The notes: a model not told the origin generated them from the letters alone. Shown: positions 46,123-57,402, numbered from the stretch's first letter. The stretch: DNA of 64,000 nucleotides from Salisapilia sapeloensis CBS 127946 (GCA_023334545.1 JAADVB010000020.1:1-64000), one strand, 5' to 3'. A program made the numbers and translations.

Positions 46123-48008
46123 CTATTTCTCGTTCTTCTTTTCATCCAGTAGTGTCTGCATGATCGTATTAGCTTTCTCCGGGTGCACACGTCCGCCAGA
46201 GTTTTTCATCACTTGTCCGATGAAGAAACCAAATAGCTTCGTCTTGCCATTCACGTATGCGTCCAAGTTCTTCTTCGTTTTCTACACCACGCCCATCATA
46301 CTTAGCCAACGATTATACAGTTTGAATGTTCACAAAACATACCGGATCACCTAGAACGTCAAGACAGAGCTGACGAATCGCATCTTCGTCACCAATCTGT
46401 TGCCAGTTCTTCTCCGCTACGATCTCACTTGCCGATCGACGCGCTGACGATGTCGAGTCCATGTTCTCATACACCATGATTTCCAACACCGACTTCGCAA
46501 TTTTTCCCGAAATCTTCTCTTCCACTACCAAGTCCAGCAGCTCACCAAGCTCTTGAGCAGACACAGGGCTAGACAAGACGTCCGCATTGATCGCCTTCAA
46601 GTGACTGAACAGGTCATTTAACACCCAATTGGCAACCATTTTCGTCGGTCGAGACGGCACAGATGCCACTTGCTCAAAGTACTGTGCTGCTCCTGCTTCA
46701 TTCACAAGCACAGAGCTCTCGTATGCAGTCAGATCATACATCTGGCACAGTCGCTCTTTCAGCTCCGACGGAAGCTCTGGAAGACCTGCACCTAGTTCCT
46801 GAATGACTTGTTCATCCAGCACTAATGGTAGTAGATCCGGCTCTGGGAAGAATCGGTAGTCCTTAGCTCCTTCCTTCGAACGCATCCGACGCTGCATGCA
46901 CATGATCAGTCGTGTTTCATCTGAAATTTGATACAACTAACGCACCGTTTCGCCTGAGACAGCGTCAAAGGATCTGGTTTCGCGCTCAATTTGTTCTTTC
47001 CCGGCCTCTGTCATCTCGATCTGTCGTCGAGCTTCAAACTCAGCAGCCTTCATCATGTTCCGAATGCTATTCATATTCTTGATCTCCACTCGCTCGCCAA
47101 ACGCATCACTTGCATCATCTAATGCCTCTCGAACGCTTACATTTAAATCACAACGCATTGATCCTTCTTCCATGTTGCCATCGCATACGCCGAGGTGGCG
47201 TAGCAAGTGCTGCAGTTGTCGCATCACCTGCGCTGCTTCGGCTGGACTACGCAAGTCTGGCTCCATCACGATCTCCATCAACGCCGTGCCAGCACGATTT
47301 AAGTCCACGACCGTGCTACCTTCCTCTAAGTCGTGAATGTTCTTGCCTGAATCCTGTTCAATCTGAACACGCGCTACTCGTACCGATCGAGGAATCATAG
47401 ACTATAAACCACAGACGTCATCGCCACTATGAACGAGCTGAATCAATTGTTTGCAAGACATTCAATACCTTATCAGAGCTAGCTGCAGCCTCCTTCTGCT
47501 GCTCCTTCCATTTTCGTAGCGCCTCATTCTTCTCTTTCCTAGACTTGTACTTAGACGCATCAAAGGACTTGCTGATCCTTTCACTGTCTTCTGCTTCATT
47601 CACAATATCCGTAGCTGGCAAGTCGAAATGCAGCACACCATTAGTGGCGACAGGAGCTCGCTGCTGTGTGAGTTGATAGCCTAATGGCAAGTCCGAATAA
47701 AAGTAGTGCTTGCGTTCGAACACAGAGCGTGGATGGACTTCCGCTCCAATTGCCAAACTCGTGCGAACGGCTTGGTGGACACACTCGCGATTGATGACAG
47801 GAAGCGTGCCTGGAAGTGCTGCGTCAAAGAACGATACGTGATGGTTGGGCAATGGCACACCCGTCTGGTCGATCATACCAGTGGAAGATGCACTCATGAG
47901 CTTGGAGGACGATAGCACCTGAGCATGTACTTCCAAACCGATGCAAACTTCCCACAACTTCCCACTCTGACTACGCAATAGCTGCTTCACACCCGCTGAT
48001 GCCACCAT
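46123..48008 (-). CDS. gatB: Glu-tRNA(Gln) amidotransferase subunit B, organellar, multi-exon
   Basis: IGLEVHAQV, ALPGTLPVIN, FERKHYFYSDLPLGYQLTQ, QIEQDSGK, DLNRAG, RCDLNVSVR, EIKNMNS, DYRFFPEPDL, and final GFFIGQVMK. Confidence 0.92.
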
Positions 48009-48131
48009 CGTTCCTACCCTGCCACTCGTATGACGCGTTCGGTCTGGTCCGATATGTTTGCTTCAGTCCTTCTATCAACTGCATCTACATTTATGAGATT
48101 TGGAAGATCGAGAGATACTCCATTTGGCATC

Positions 48132-49149
48132 ATGCGCGTCTTACTGATGCTGGCGATGGCAGCCTCCTGTCTCTGTATTGCAGCGCAGGAGGATGGTACG
48201 AAAGAGCCTGCACACTGTATGCGATGGCGAGCAACTTCCAAGTGCGATCCACATGGCGTGCGTGAACCTCGGAAGGATGCATCGTGCTCCCAAACCATTG
48301 CGTCCGGACAAGCTGGCTATTGCGAATGTGAACATCGACGCCGCGTTCGCGAAGTTTCATGCGATCACCATCCTTTTACATGTCAAGAAGCTTGTATGGA
48401 GGATGCATCCGCTGATCTTAGCTGTATATCATTGTTTATATCGTCGTAGTAGAGGTGATTAGCTAAATAGCACATGATAGACCCAGTCGGCTTTGAGTAC
48501 GTGACGTGTGGCAGCTCTATCAAGCTCGTGCATGAAAACACCAGATTCCGGCTACACTCACATGACATTGCGTACGGCACCGGGAGCGGTCAGCAGTCTA
48601 TCACTGCTCATGGCTCTCGAGATGACCCGAACAGCTTCTGGGTCATTAAAGAAGGACACAACCAAGACGCATGCAACCTCGGTACGTACCTTACACCTCT
48701 CTACTTCTACGAATCACCCCTCATCGCTTTTAATAGGATCACCCATCCAGTGCGGTGCCGTTGTCCGTTTAGAGCACGTCGGTACGCGTCGCAATCTCCA
48801 CACGCACGGTTTCCCAGCTCCGCTCTCTCGGAAGAATCAGGAGATTAGTGGCTTTGGAGCTGCAGGTGATGGTGACAGAATGGACGACTGGGTTGTCGAA
48901 TGCGAAGAAGCCAAGCAATGCACAGCTGTGGACCAATGTGAAGACGATGACATGTGGAAACGAGGTGAACTAGTCCGTCTGCGTAGCAAAGCGACGAACA
49001 AGTACATGAGCACTAGTCCGTTGGCTCGTTTCGATGACTCGAACTGCCCACGCTGTCCCATCAACGGTCAGCAAGAAGTGAGTGCCATATCCGAGGCGTC
49101 GGACAACACGTTCTGGTTCGCCGACGAAGGCATCTACATCACGATTTAA
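48132..49149 (+). CDS. SDF2: Signal peptide + Cys-rich module + MIR-domain SDF2-like protein, multi-exon
   Basis: MRVLLMLAMAASCLCIAA signal peptide; VTCGSSIKLVHENTRFRLHSHDIAYGTGSGQQSIT and VRLEHVGTRRNLHTH are MIR repeats as in SDF2. Confidence 0.8.
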
Positions 49150-49193
49150 AGCATCAATTCGAAATGGCATCAAAACAGTCTTTCTGTCCATTC

Positions 49194-50562
49194 TCATTCT
49201 ATCTCAAATCCATCTTCATCCATGCTAAATATCGACTCGGCAATGTACTTGCGGAATGCTGACGGTAGACCTCCATCATACGTATCTAGCAAGAAAAGCG
49301 CGTCTCTCAACTCTTTCTTCTCCTTCTTTAATATCTGGACAAAGCTACATGCAACGTCTTGACTAGATGCGTTAGCACAGCACTGGAGCAGATTATGGCC
49401 TTGGAATGCAGCTTCCAGTCGAGACGCGAGGTGCTCAAAGTATCCTTGCGCACCTTCTTCAAACCACCGAAGAGACTTTGTCTCTAATCGGAGTATTTCT
49501 ACTAATAAAGAACGCATTTCACACTTGCCCCTGATACGATGCAAATCATTAACGACGGCTCGTCGAAGGTTCTGTGCTTTGGAGGTAGAAGACAAAAGGT
49601 GGCTATTAGGAAAACTACCGGTGAGATCTTGACACTCTTCCAACTCCGCCTCTTTCTTTCGACGCAATTTATCCGCTTCTTCTTGCCGCGTCGCCTCTGA
49701 AGCAATGGATGCTTGTGCGATATCTCGATTAAACCGTTGCTCAACAAGTTGTGTCGCGATGTATTCGACACAAAGCTCTGGATTCGAGTCGCCGCAAGCA
49801 TTTACACTGGCCAAGACGTCGGGTTCTTCATACCCGGCTTCGAGTAGTAGTGCGACGGTGTGGCTCCGTCGAGACCTCTTTGACGGCCGATGATGTTTCT
49901 CTCTATCTATGGTATGACTCCTGTGAGCAGAGATCCCTGATTCGGTACTTGGTCTGCTTGCTCTTGCTTGTATGCTATCATATGCTGTCGAACTTTTTTC
50001 AGTATCCGACTCAGCATCAGAGTCGAGAAGGATGGGATTCGTTACTTTATTACCTACCTCCCGATACACATCTTTAAGGAGGAAGGGTGCTTGAGCTGTT
50101 TCTATCTGTTGACTATGCTGTGCATCTGTTAGCTTGACTTCATGCGTCGAATCGAAGACCACGGTCGCCTATGGATAAATGAGAATTCTAGTCTAGCATA
50201 TTGGTCGCAACGTATATGCACCTGACGTTTACTATTAAATTTCGCTATTGCATCTTTTGCAGATAAGCCATGTATGGACTCTCCATCCACAGAATGCAAT
50301 AACCAACCTGATGGTGAGACTAAGTAGATGAAATTGGCAAGTAATGAAGGTTATGTGTACCTTTCTGTATGCCAGCGCGTTTTCCGGCACCGAATGGATG
50401 GACATATACGACAATTGGGTACTGACAGTCTACATCGATTGCATTAAGCAGATCTAAATGCACTTCTGGTAGTAGTGCCCGTCTTTCGCGATACATGACA
50501 CCAAACTTGGACTCCGTCCCTTGTTTCGCTAACACCAGCTCTTTTATCTTCGTCCCATCCAT
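49194..50562 (-). CDS. PDZ + UBA-like domain protein (introns 50169-50221 and 50308-50360)
   Basis: Two 53-nt GT-AG introns assemble SKFGVMY..VVYVHPFGAGKRAGIQKGWLLHSVDGESIHGLSAKDAIAKFNSKRQATVVF (PDZ); LLLEAGYEEPDVLASVNACGDSNPELCVEYI is UBA-like. Confidence 0.7.
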
Positions 50563-51228
50563 CCTATAGGGCACATTGAAGCATGAGTGTTATCATATGC
50601 AGGAGATAGTAAGTCATAATTACCTCATCCGAGTGTATGAACTACGACTACGCGCTCTTGGCCGTGTTCGCTATCTTGTTCCTAACATGATTTCGAACGG
50701 TAGCATGCAACATGAAAAAGACAAGGATATGCAGGAATAATATTCAACATTTTGGTCCTTTCGATAATTAAAGCCAAGAGCAAGGCTTACAAGCTTCTTG
50801 GACTTAAATGCACTCAATGGGCAATCCCCACAGCGACCACAGCGCTGGTGTCTAGCTTTTGGTACTTCAACAATACGTACCATCATCGTACCGAATCGCT
50901 TCATCCCATTCTAAACTTCCCAAACCCACCACATCAAACCCACTATCCTTCAGCTAAAGCCAATGCTATTCTAAATGTCTACTACTTCATCTATACACTC
51001 CATATATCGCGTTGACAGTACCTCGAGTCAAGATACGAACCACGCGACCTTCCTGTATCCACACCCCGTTAAAAAGTTGCATTTCCAATCACCAATCACA
51101 ATATCCACAGTGTTCCATTTTGATAATCGCATTTCTCCCATCTGCGCTCTTTAATTGGAGGACAGCCCAAACATCGGTGGACGTGCTACTCGAGCAGAAG
51201 CACTAGCCACCTCGCTCTTCTCTACATC

Positions 51229-54174
51229 ATGGGGGTGCCAGCGTTTTATCGATGGGTCTTGGAAAAGTACCCAAAATGTGTCGTCGACTGTACGGAAGAA
51301 CCGGCCGTCGTGCTCGAAGGTGAGCGCCACCACGAACTCGTGGACGTCACGGCGCCCAACCCGAATGGCTTCGAGGTGGACAACTTGTACATCGATATGA
51401 ACGGTCTTATCCACCCGTGCTCCCATCCGGAGAATGGCGAGCCGCCAAAGACAGAGGAAGAGATGTATCGTCGCGTCATGGCGTATGTCGACCGCCTCGT
51501 GGCCGCCGTACGACCGCGCCGACTGCTCTACATGGCCATTGACGGTGTCGCACCTCGCGCGAAAATGAATCAACAGCGGTCTCGTCGATTCCGATCTGCA
51601 CAGGAAGCTGAGCAACGTGCTGAAGTCGAGAAAGAAGCGTTGGAGTACATGCAGTCGCTAGGTCACAAACTACCGGAGAAGGACCACAAGGCATGGGACT
51701 CGAACGTCATTACGCCCGGCACGAAATTCATGTCGAAACTCGCCAAGCACCTTCGATTCTATATTCGCGACCGAGTGAACAACAACCCGGCGTGGAAGCA
51801 GTTCAAAGTCCTCTTTTCAGATGCAGGAGTCCCAGGCGAAGGTGAGCACAAGCTCATGCAGTACATCCGTGTCCAGCGTTCTCAACCAGGGTACGATCCA
51901 AACCAGCATCATGTTCTCCACGGTCTAGACGCTGACCTGATCATGCTTGGTCTCGCGACACACGAAGTCAAGTTTAGTATTTTACGTGAAGAAGTGCTTT
52001 TCGGGAAACAAAAGTACGAACGAGAGCGTCAGAAGACGATGTTAGACGCCAACGGTGTGCCAGGACAAGTGGGTGATAAGCGAAAGAGAGGAGAGTTTGG
52101 TGAACATGATGCCGACGCCATCGCCTCGGATCAAAAACCACTACAGTATCTGCACATCGCGACGTTACGAGAGTACTTGCAAGTCGAGTTCGAGCCTCTC
52201 CAGAGTGCCGTTCCATTTCCGTTTGACTTTGAGCGTGTCGTCGATGACTTTGTCTTTCTCTGCTTCTTCGTTGGCAACGATTTCTTGCCTCACTTGCCTT
52301 CTCTCGACATCCGTGACGGGGCATTAGACTTCCTCATCCTCATCTACGCCCGTCTCCTCCCATCTCTCGGTGGGTACTTGACCGACGCAGGGGACGTCGA
52401 CCTCTCTCGTGTAGACGTCATTCTGGCCGAAGTTGGTACCGTCGAAGACATCATCTTCCAGCGCCGAGCCGTCAAGCAAGCAGAGAACGAACGCCGTCGC
52501 AAGTCTCGTATTTCGAATGAAAAGAAGGATCAGATAGCTGCAGACTCTGCCAAGAAGGATGCTGTCAAGGTCGTCAAGAAGCAGCGTGTGGATGGCGACG
52601 TCATTGACGCAGACGCCAAGTACGGTGGCATGACCGTTGATGAAGCTGTCAAGGCTCGTGTGAAAGAAAGCGTTGATAAGCAATTAGAAAAGCATCGAGA
52701 AGAAGTACAGGACGTTGTGCGTCTGGGTGAGCCAGGATGGAAGACGCGGTACTATAGTGATAAGATGAAAGCGGACGATATTGAGGAAGGTGGAGGTCGA
52801 GAGAAAGTCTTCCAGACATATGTGGAAGGTCTGTGCTGGGTCATGAAGTACTACTACTCTGGTTGTGCCTCATGGACGTGGTACTATCCGTTCCACTACG
52901 CCCCCTTCGCATCCGACTTGCGTAACATTGATCGTTTCGAGATCAAGTTCGACCTTGGACAACCCTTCCGTCCGTTTGAACAGCTCATGGGTGTCTTCCC
53001 TCCGGATAGTCGACATGCCATTCCAGAGCCATACCGTTGGCTCATGACGGACAAGGAGTCTCCTATCCTCGACTTTTACCCAAAGGACATTCCTGTGGAT
53101 CCGAATGGCAAAGCTATGCCGTGGCTATGGGTCGTCCTCTTGCCTTTCATCGATGAAGGGAGACTCTTGGCAGCCATGGAAACAGCTAACACGAAGCTCA
53201 CTCCAACTGAACAAAAGCGCAATGAGCGATACGGGAAAGAGCTCGTCTTCTTCCACGCTAAACTCCCTGTTGCTCCATCTTACCCGGATGAAAAGACATT
53301 AGAAGTACAAGCTGATCCGAGTATCTCCCAGTCCTTCAACGGCACTCTAGTGTACTCCGAATCGGTGTACTTTGCCATCGGTGGTGTCGTTCCGAGTCCA
53401 GAGAAGTCGCAACGATACCTCGTGGATATCCCGAACAACCAGTGCTACAGTTTCCAATATCGTCTCCCACCAACGTATAAGCACGAGTGTAAGATTCTCG
53501 AAGGTGCCGAGTTCCCGGATCCAGTGCTACTAACAGATGGAGACAAGTACATCAAGATTCCGTTCTTTGGTAAGGCGAACATCACGATCGTCGATCTTGC
53601 CGGTCGAGCAGACCATGCGACGAATGTCCAGCATAACTTCCAGTCTCGTGGAAATGGATTGGATCAGCGTGGAAGAGGTCGTGGAAGGGGACGTGGACGC
53701 GGTCGAGGACCTGCCGTGAACAGCAGCACGGGGCACGACCAGTATGATCAGATGCGGAATCCGAACGGACAAGAGTACAACCAGTACTTGACCAACGGAT
53801 ATGGTAATTGGGGGTCCATGGAGCCTCGCAACAAGCGTGGTGGGTTCGGAGGTCGAGGACCACCTCCAGTGCAACATGGAGGACGAGGACCTCCGCCCAT
53901 GCGAGGTCCGCCACCGCCGCCCATGAGGGGGTATAACAGTGGCTATGGAGCTGGTAGAGCTCCAGTGAACCCACCAAGGCCACCTCCCTCTGGCGGTGTG
54001 CTCCCGACGCCTGGAGGTCCTCCGGCACGTCCGAGTCAAGCGCAGAGCGTCGAGGCGCTCAAGGCTGGACTCCGAAACATGCACCAGCAGCGTGGGACGC
54101 TTCGAGGCAATGGTCAGCAAGGTCGAGATGGACGCGATGGGCCTCCGCCCAAGCATAGACGCTTTGATCGCTAG
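51229..54174 (+). CDS. XRN2: 5'-3' exoribonuclease 2 (Rat1)
   Basis: MGVPAFYRW, NLYIDMNGLIHPC, AIDGVAPRAKMNQQRSRRF, DSNVITPGT, PGEGEHK, GLDADLIML, GNDFLPHLP, WYYPFHYAPF; RG/P-rich tail. Confidence 0.96.
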   Translation: MGVPAFYRWVLEKYPKCVVDCTEEPAVVLEGERHHELVDVTAPNPNGFEVDNLYIDMNGLIHPCSHPENGEPPKTEEEMYRRVMAYVDRLVAAVRPRRLLYMAIDGVAPRAKMNQQRSRRFRSAQEAEQRAEVEKEALEYMQSLGHKLPEKDHKAWDSNVITPGTKFMSKLAKHLRFYIRDRVNNNPAWKQFKVLFSDAGVPGEGEHKLMQYIRVQRSQPGYDPNQHHVLHGLDADLIMLGLATHEVKFSILREEVLFGKQKYERERQKTMLDANGVPGQVGDKRKRGEFGEHDADAIASDQKPLQYLHIATLREYLQVEFEPLQSAVPFPFDFERVVDDFVFLCFFVGNDFLPHLPSLDIRDGALDFLILIYARLLPSLGGYLTDAGDVDLSRVDVILAEVGTVEDIIFQRRAVKQAENERRRKSRISNEKKDQIAADSAKKDAVKVVKKQRVDGDVIDADAKYGGMTVDEAVKARVKESVDKQLEKHREEVQDVVRLGEPGWKTRYYSDKMKADDIEEGGGREKVFQTYVEGLCWVMKYYYSGCASWTWYYPFHYAPFASDLRNIDRFEIKFDLGQPFRPFEQLMGVFPPDSRHAIPEPYRWLMTDKESPILDFYPKDIPVDPNGKAMPWLWVVLLPFIDEGRLLAAMETANTKLTPTEQKRNERYGKELVFFHAKLPVAPSYPDEKTLEVQADPSISQSFNGTLVYSESVYFAIGGVVPSPEKSQRYLVDIPNNQCYSFQYRLPPTYKHECKILEGAEFPDPVLLTDGDKYIKIPFFGKANITIVDLAGRADHATNVQHNFQSRGNGLDQRGRGRGRGRGRGRGPAVNSSTGHDQYDQMRNPNGQEYNQYLTNGYGNWGSMEPRNKRGGFGGRGPPPVQHGGRGPPPMRGPPPPPMRGYNSGYGAGRAPVNPPRPPPSGGVLPTPGGPPARPSQAQSVEALKAGLRNMHQQRGTLRGNGQQGRDGRDGPPPKHRRFDR

Positions 54175-54320
54175 GTAGTTTGGATCTAGATACATGTCTG
54201 CTGTTCTAAGTGCTTTACCATGGCAAACGAAGTACATTATCCGGTCTCATTTACACTCATGTCTTAGTTATTCATATTTTGTACCAAAGATGTACCAACG
54301 ACAAGACATTAAGTTTCGAA

Positions 54321-55163
54321 ATGGACGAAGAGGAGCTTGGGGCGATGCCCCCGCTTCCTCGACCTCATGCGCCACCAAAGTCAGTTATATCGTTTTCAAA
54401 TGACTCCAAGGAAGATGGTGTGGAGAATGAAGATGTGGCTGCAGTGCCTGCGCCACATGCACATCCGTTGGCAGGTTTCCAAACCAACGACTCGTCTGCG
54501 GACCTTGGGCTTGTGCCAGGCGGATATCGCTCTCAGCTCTTTGGTAAACGATTGAACCCGGCATTTATAAATAGAGAAAAGGTGGATGCACTTGCTCAGC
54601 AGGAGGAAGTATTTGAAAAAGAGGATGAAAACGAAACAAAGCAAGAAATTATCGAATATGAACATGGAGATGGGGCTCAGGTAGCATCCACTCGTGCTAT
54701 TGCGGCGGAAATGGAGCGAGTCAATCTAGCAGACGTAGCTGTCTCTGACCTCGATGAGGAAGAACGTGAATATGCAGCAACAGAAGCAGCATCAAGGCGT
54801 CCATATCTCCGCTACCAAGAATCCATGTACGAATCGGAGGACGAGAGTGAGAACGAAGCTTTAAACCGAGCTCGACGGCGGAAAGTAGGTAAGCAAGTAG
54901 ATACGGCCTGGTTAGAGCAGCGGCAGGACATGTCCAACCGCCCCACTCCTCCTCTTTTACGAGAAGACGAGCAATATGTACGTGAAAAACTCTATCGAAC
55001 AGACCCTAGAGCATTGCTATCTAAAATCGGAGATGGTGTCAGTCTTCAAAGTCCTGAAGAGTGGAATCGAAAGCAAGAAGACAGCGTGTTCCGTCGACCG
55101 CTACCGATCCTTGTACAAGGTCCAGCGGGTATTCCTGGTAGCCTCTTCTTTGAAAAGAGATGA
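54321..55163 (+). CDS. Hypothetical acidic protein (about 280 aa)
   Basis: Uninterrupted ORF with protein-like composition; no recognised domain. Confidence 0.65.
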   Translation: MDEEELGAMPPLPRPHAPPKSVISFSNDSKEDGVENEDVAAVPAPHAHPLAGFQTNDSSADLGLVPGGYRSQLFGKRLNPAFINREKVDALAQQEEVFEKEDENETKQEIIEYEHGDGAQVASTRAIAAEMERVNLADVAVSDLDEEEREYAATEAASRRPYLRYQESMYESEDESENEALNRARRRKVGKQVDTAWLEQRQDMSNRPTPPLLREDEQYVREKLYRTDPRALLSKIGDGVSLQSPEEWNRKQEDSVFRRPLPILVQGPAGIPGSLFFEKR

Positions 55164-55236
55164 AATGAAGCTTGTGCTAGCAAAGTCATCACTTGTTTTA
55201 ATTGTGCAAAATTCGTAAAGGAAATTTCTGCGTCTG

Positions 55237-56337
55237 CTAATAGGACGGCTTGAACATTTCGAGCCGGCGTGCATATCGACGTCGCATCACTCGAATGCCA
55301 ATGACATTCCCAAGGAGCAGGATGACGACCATAATCGCATGGACCTTTTGTGGTACAGGTCGCGGACCTAGTACTACGTAGATGACTGCTCCTACCTGCA
55401 CGGCGGCGACGACAGCGACGGTGTGCAGGACCTTGTCCGAGATGATACCGTAGCTAGGAAATAAGACTGCGACAAGTGTCATGGCGTCCAGCGCGACGAG
55501 AAACTATACATTTAAGGATGAATCGAATGACTTTCGTTGGATACACATCATAATGTACGGTCGTAGGTGTTTTGGACGATAAAGACGCAGATGACTCTTT
55601 CATCTGCTCATCATAGTACGCCCACAGACTAGCTCCACATAGCAGCAGTAGAAATGGTAGGTTGAATTGGCATAAACTCTGCACATGGCGCTAGAAGCAA
55701 TAAAGAGTGAGGATGTGTAGGAGGATGCTGGTAAAGATTCGTACATTCCATTCGCTGATATGAAACACTGCCCGTTCTGCCTCTCGTAGACGTAGCTATA
55801 TTATACGTCAATCAGTCTAGCTTGAAGAAATGCCGGTGGCATCAGTACCTGCAAGGCATTCGTCGGATCCAAGAGATACCGAGCATGCACCTAGTTCCAT
55901 TCCCCCTCTGAATCCCCATCTTGGTCATACAAGAAGAGGTAGGTACCAATTGACGCAGCTGCTGCTTCGCACTCGATTCAGTGATCTGCTCCACTGTGAT
56001 AGCTTCATGTGGACACAACAACCGCGTGAGATTCTGCTGCCGAAAATACTCATACTGCATCTGCCTATCCTTTCCGTTAGCTCCTACGACCACGACGTCC
56101 GTATCGACCATACCACATATTCCCGTCATGCTGCACTGCTAACAATCGTCGACAAGTGGATGTAAAAGCTACGGCGCTCTTGAGATCCAAGAAGCTGACG
56201 ATCCGCTGCCAGTGGCGACGCAAGCGTTTCGAATGGAGCTTTAGGCGCTTCCGACGGTTTTTCTCTCGGCGCTGCGCCATCGTCAGTGCAGATGGAACAT
56301 ACCTGCCTTGCGGTATCAACAGCGGTGTGCTCTCCAT
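55237..56337 (-). CDS. F-box-like domain + several C-terminal transmembrane helices, multi-exon
   Basis: HWQRIVSFLDLKSAVAFTSTCRRLLAV..NMW is F-box-like; phase-0 junctions link the downstream exons to LPFLLLLCGASLWAYY..FLVALDAMTLVAVLF..VHAIMVVILLLGNVIGI. Upstream junctions not fully verified. Confidence 0.6.
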
Positions 56338-56452
56338 ATTCTTATTCGGAACGGCGGAAGAGACAAAACGAGCGAATACGAAAAAAAATCTTTACGTATG
56401 CAAACAAATCAAAAACCGATATCAAGTATATTCTAGCTATCCAGAAGCTCCA

Positions 56453-57097
56453 TTAGGTCGATTTTTCAGCAGCATAGCCTGGGAACGTGTAGTCAATGCC
56501 CAAAGCCTTTAATGCCTGTCGCTTCTCCTCCTCTCGCTTTACCAATTTTCGGTTACGTCTAGCAATTTGCTCCGGTGTCTTGCTGCTGTTCACTTCCTTG
56601 CGAGCGATGGCAGCACCAGGACGTGCTCCGAATCGCTTGTTCGCGCCAACGAACATGGTTGGGTGGATGGCATCCGACGGTAGGAGGTGGCACACGAGCG
56701 TGTGATCGAATAGTCGGTAGTTGTGCATCGTCTTGGCTACGACGGCAGCGACATCCGGCTCTTCAAATTCGATGAAAGCATAGTGTTTCGACTTGCCAGT
56801 GCGCTTATTACGCGAGAGACGGAGGCGAGAGACGACGCCGAACTGCGAGAAAAAGCCCTGCATCTGCTCCTCATAGAAACCATGAGGCACTCGTCCGAGG
56901 TAGATAACACGAGATTGCTCTGGCTTTTTCTCCTTGCTTGCATTCTTGTTCTTCTTACGCTTCTTGGTGGCCACGGGCGCCAAGTCGACAAAGTCGGCCT
57001 TGCCATCCAACGTCGTGGGCTGCGTTTCCTCATCACTCTCAGAATCCCATTCGGCTCCTTGCAATTTCTCTAGTTGTGCTGCGATTTTCTTGTCCAT
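56453..57097 (-). CDS. NIFK: Nucleolar RRM protein NIFK/Nop15
   Basis: VIYLGRVPHGFYEEQMQGFFSQFG..RLSRNKRTGKSKHYAFIEF..MHNYRLFDHTLVC. Confidence 0.9.
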   Translation of the reverse strand: MDKKIAAQLEKLQGAEWDSESDEETQPTTLDGKADFVDLAPVATKKRKKNKNASKEKKPEQSRVIYLGRVPHGFYEEQMQGFFSQFGVVSRLRLSRNKRTGKSKHYAFIEFEEPDVAAVVAKTMHNYRLFDHTLVCHLLPSDAIHPTMFVGANKRFGARPGAAIARKEVNSSKTPEQIARRNRKLVKREEEKRQALKALGIDYTFPGYAAEKST

Positions 57098-57402
57098 GGT
57101 GCTCCAATGTACTCGTTCGCTCCGAGATGTACAGGTCCAGTGTGTCCTAACTCGGAATGACTGGAGAAGGCGATTTTACATACAAAAAGTCAATGGACAG
57201 ACTGATCTGCTTTAGTGGTCGCATATCGATCGTTTTAGTGAGACACCTGGTTCGAACTTCAACTGCACTGATACATGCTATTTATAGGGATCGGTCCCAG
57301 TCCTGGGGGTGATTCAGAGCTATAATACATTCTGACGGCTGAGCGATCGCTCCACTAGTTTCTCAGATACACATTTTACCTTTTTATAAGCTTGACACCG
57401 CC

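Noticed and set aside
50671-51206. Small ORFs between the PDZ-UBA gene and XRN2
   Set aside because: No recognisable motifs, and the location fits a divergent promoter/UTR region.
51151-54237. Long antisense ORFs opposite XRN2 (also opposite the cyclin, CCT1, NIFK and SDR genes)
   Set aside because: Shadow ORFs expected from GC-rich codon usage on the sense strand; no domain-like content.
9437-57097. RNA-processing genes (THUMP methyltransferase, exonuclease, XRN2, NIFK) as a functional cluster
   Set aside because: Scattered over 48 kb among unrelated genes; this is a common functional class, so chance co-occurrence is likely.
57241-57345. GGTTCGAA (T-loop-like) and TGAT..CTGA (box C/D-like) words
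   Set aside because: No acceptor stem, D-arm or anticodon arm, and no full box C or terminal stem; these look like chance matches.
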